Shown here piece after piece: positions 20,696-20,990 of a DNA stretch of 20,990 nucleotides. Within the stretch, counting starts at the first letter, position 1, and every line of letters begins with the position of its first letter. The notes under the pieces are model-generated. The model was not told where the DNA came from. It was given only the letters and a program-made list of their open reading frames with translations, and searched no databases. This DNA is from Chiloscyllium plagiosum (taxonomy: Eukaryota). The DNA lies in the NCBI RefSeq assembly GCF_004010195.1, contig NC_057749.1:12944846-12965835 (forward strand). The letters run 5' to 3'. The translations under genes were made by a program, and so were the position numbers.

Positions 20696-20990
20696 ACCCC
20701 CAACCCCCCGGGGGGACAGGGAGAGGGACAGAGACCCCCCCCCCCCCGGGGGGACAGGGAGAGGGACAGAGACCCCCCGGGGGGACAGGGGGAGGGACAG
20801 AGACCCCCCCCCCCGGGGGGGGACAGGGGGAGGGACAGAGCCCCCCCCCCCCCCGGGGGGGACAGGGGGAGGGACAGAGACCCCCCCGGGGGGGACAGGG
20901 GGAGGGACAGAGACCCCCCCCCCCGGGGGGACAGGGGGAGGGACAGAGACCCCCCGCCCCCCCCGGGGGGACAGGGGGAGGGACAGGGAC
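20696..20990. repeat. G/C minisatellite, ~8 units of G(6-8)-ACAGGGRGAGGGACAGAGA-C(n); runs off the window
   Basis: Units start at 20710, 20748, 20779, 20815, 20855, 20888, 20925 and 20965. Unit length 31-40 nt, varying mainly in homopolymer length. Confidence 0.95.

Noticed and set aside
20486..20990. Open frame from ATG 20486 running to the window end, out of frame with the SNX22-like exon
   Set aside because: It stays open because the region is GC-rich and the repeat lacks T; low-complexity product. It would matter as a uORF only if transcription starts upstream of 20486, which is unknown.
20696..20990. CRISPR-like periodicity
   Set aside because: No unique spacers, no cas genes, eukaryotic context; it is a minisatellite.

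Overview
Eukaryotic (vertebrate) genomic DNA, most likely a cartilaginous fish; this is inferred from V-SINE/HE1-type SINEs, CR1/L2 LINE debris and Penelope-derived repeats. The + strand carries the last eight coding exons of a sorting nexin-1 gene (end of PX domain plus BAR domain; 3491-14969, all introns GT-AG, phases consistent, 838 coding nt) and its 3' UTR. At the far end is the first coding exon of a SNX22-like gene (20622-20687) followed by a G/C minisatellite. The introns are full of retroelement fragments. Two structures stand out. (1) A young 215-bp foldback insertion (12072-12286) has 88-bp arms (87/88 paired), a 15-bp target-site duplication, a 34-nt asymmetric tail, and a minimal hammerhead-ribozyme motif in the pre-mRNA sense; it is homologous to a decayed Penelope-like element elsewhere in the window. 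(2) Two ~95% identical SINEs in inverted orientation bracket three coding exons, a configuration known to favour circRNA formation and A-to-I editing. No prokaryotic features or CRISPR arrays. Repeat family names and orthology calls rest on recalled motifs, not database searches.
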